Positions 63,028 through 64,000 of a DNA stretch of 64,000 bases are shown one piece after another (within the stretch, counting starts at the first letter, position 1; every line of letters begins with the position of its first letter). The notes beneath the pieces are model-generated. The model saw nothing but the letters and a program-made list of their open reading frames with translations. It did no database searches and had not been told where the DNA came from. Origin of the DNA: Candidatus Poribacteria bacterium (GTDB lineage: Bacteria; Poribacteria; WGA-4E; PCPOR2b); NCBI GenBank assembly GCA_965218095.1, contig OZ244587.1, positions 6,208,001 to 6,272,000 of the forward strand, read 5' to 3'. The translations under genes were made by a program, and so were the position numbers.

Positions 63028-63639
63028 ATGTCTATATCAGTCGACAAGGATTTCAACTTACACAAAGCCGAATTACTTTCTTATCTCAGGTCAAGGGCTG
63101 TCGAATATCTTAACGACATAAGACAGCAGTTCGGCGAAAACCAATTGCGCGAAAGAGCGACAGCAATTAACCGTGCGCTGGTAAAGGAAAAACAGCAGTT
63201 AGCTGCTGTTATACGACAAAACGCCGGGCGAGAAGATTGGTCGGCAGATACAACCCTTCGAGCCAACCTCCTGCTAATGCACTGTACTAACATCGTGATG
63301 CTTGAGAGTCGGAATGACCTATGGACCTATGACTATATGGCCTTTTCTCGCAGAATTGGTGAACTCTGGGAACCCTTCGTTACAACCTGCTTTGATTACC
63401 CGGTGCGGAAAGATGTTACCTTATTCATCCCCCCTTTATTTGAGGACATCAAGAGGCGATTGACCAACGAGGTTCGGGATTTTATTCAGCGGCTAAACAT
63501 TAGCAGGGATGACAAAGAACATCTGCTTCGCTACTATGACCAGATCTGGCAACTCGTTACATCGGGCGAAATCAAGCTTGAATTGGATCTTCATTTCTCA
63601 ATTGAACGGATCCGGTATGTAGTTGAGGGGTGTGCATAG
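63028..63639 (+). pseudogene. Hypothetical (possibly restriction endonuclease-like) protein truncated by the adjacent IS
   Basis: YDYMAFSRRIGELWEPF, ELDLHF; ends abruptly (YVVEGCA) next to the transposase 3' end. Confidence 0.5.
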
Positions 63640-64000
63640 TAGTTCATTGGAAAACAGCCGCCATATGAGAGATATTGCGAGCAGGTAACTTCCATATGGC
63701 ATTGGCAATCATAGCCACTTGCACTGATAACACCCCGATAGCTAAACAACAGCGTACATTGAAAAACCCCTTGACCGGTAACTGCTTCTGTTGAGGAGTG
63801 GTGCCTATCACTTTAGCAATCAAGTCAAACAACGGTTCAACCGAACTGCGACGTTTGCTTAAACAGAGACACTGCTTGGGTTGGTTGATAAATCGATGAT
63901 ACGCCTTGGCAAACCGTCCCTTTGTCCATCTAAGTGCCGGGGTAATCAAAGCGACTTGTGCCTTCGCCCAACGACGGATACGGTCTGCTTGGGTATAGGC
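63625..64000 (-). mobile_element. 3' end of a DDE transposase/IS running off the window
   Basis: KRRSSVEPLFDLIAKVIG (RxxxE catalytic helix); stop at 63644. Confidence 0.65.

Noticed and set aside
1261-63293. Numerous 60-200 aa ORFs antisense to or overlapping assigned genes
   Set aside because: Shadow ORFs of well-supported genes, with no motifs or RBS
1-64000. CRISPR array, tRNA or rRNA genes
   Set aside because: No regularly spaced repeat-spacer array, cloverleaf or rRNA-like stretch seen by eye; the 33-bp palindromes are dispersed

Overview
Bacterial chromosomal window, about 50% GC. It is most likely Candidatus Poribacteria, inferred from the TolB/PD40 proteins ending in G-x4-T-x-W-G-x2-K, three PhyH dioxygenases, a long-tailed ECF sigma and Uma2/FGE/vWA genes. 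Housekeeping genes (thiI, pyrE, xseAB, dxs, tlyA, ackA, larE, def, prs, trpF, fhs) are mixed with catabolic genes, pseudogenes and IS elements: two IS5/IS427-type copies (one nested in an IS701-family element), remnants and MITEs. I saw no rRNA, tRNA or CRISPR array. Best leads: (1) a FadR-adjacent corrinoid methyl-transfer operon next to fhs, with an unknown FPCGxxH-repeat protein and no recognisable substrate methyltransferase; (2) an AibH1H2/PtmU3-like pair of amidohydrolase-fold oxygenase subunits plus a Rieske ferredoxin, split by a 7 kb insert; (3) the insert itself, a sigma-54 promoter/enhancer module with secreted beta-propeller genes sharing a C-terminal motif; (4) a ~27-bp CCCGAT-N3-ATCGGG palindrome inserted in frame inside coding genes; (5) seven in-frame TAG codons at positions where Gln or Trp is expected. 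All assignments come from reading motifs by eye; no database searches were run.
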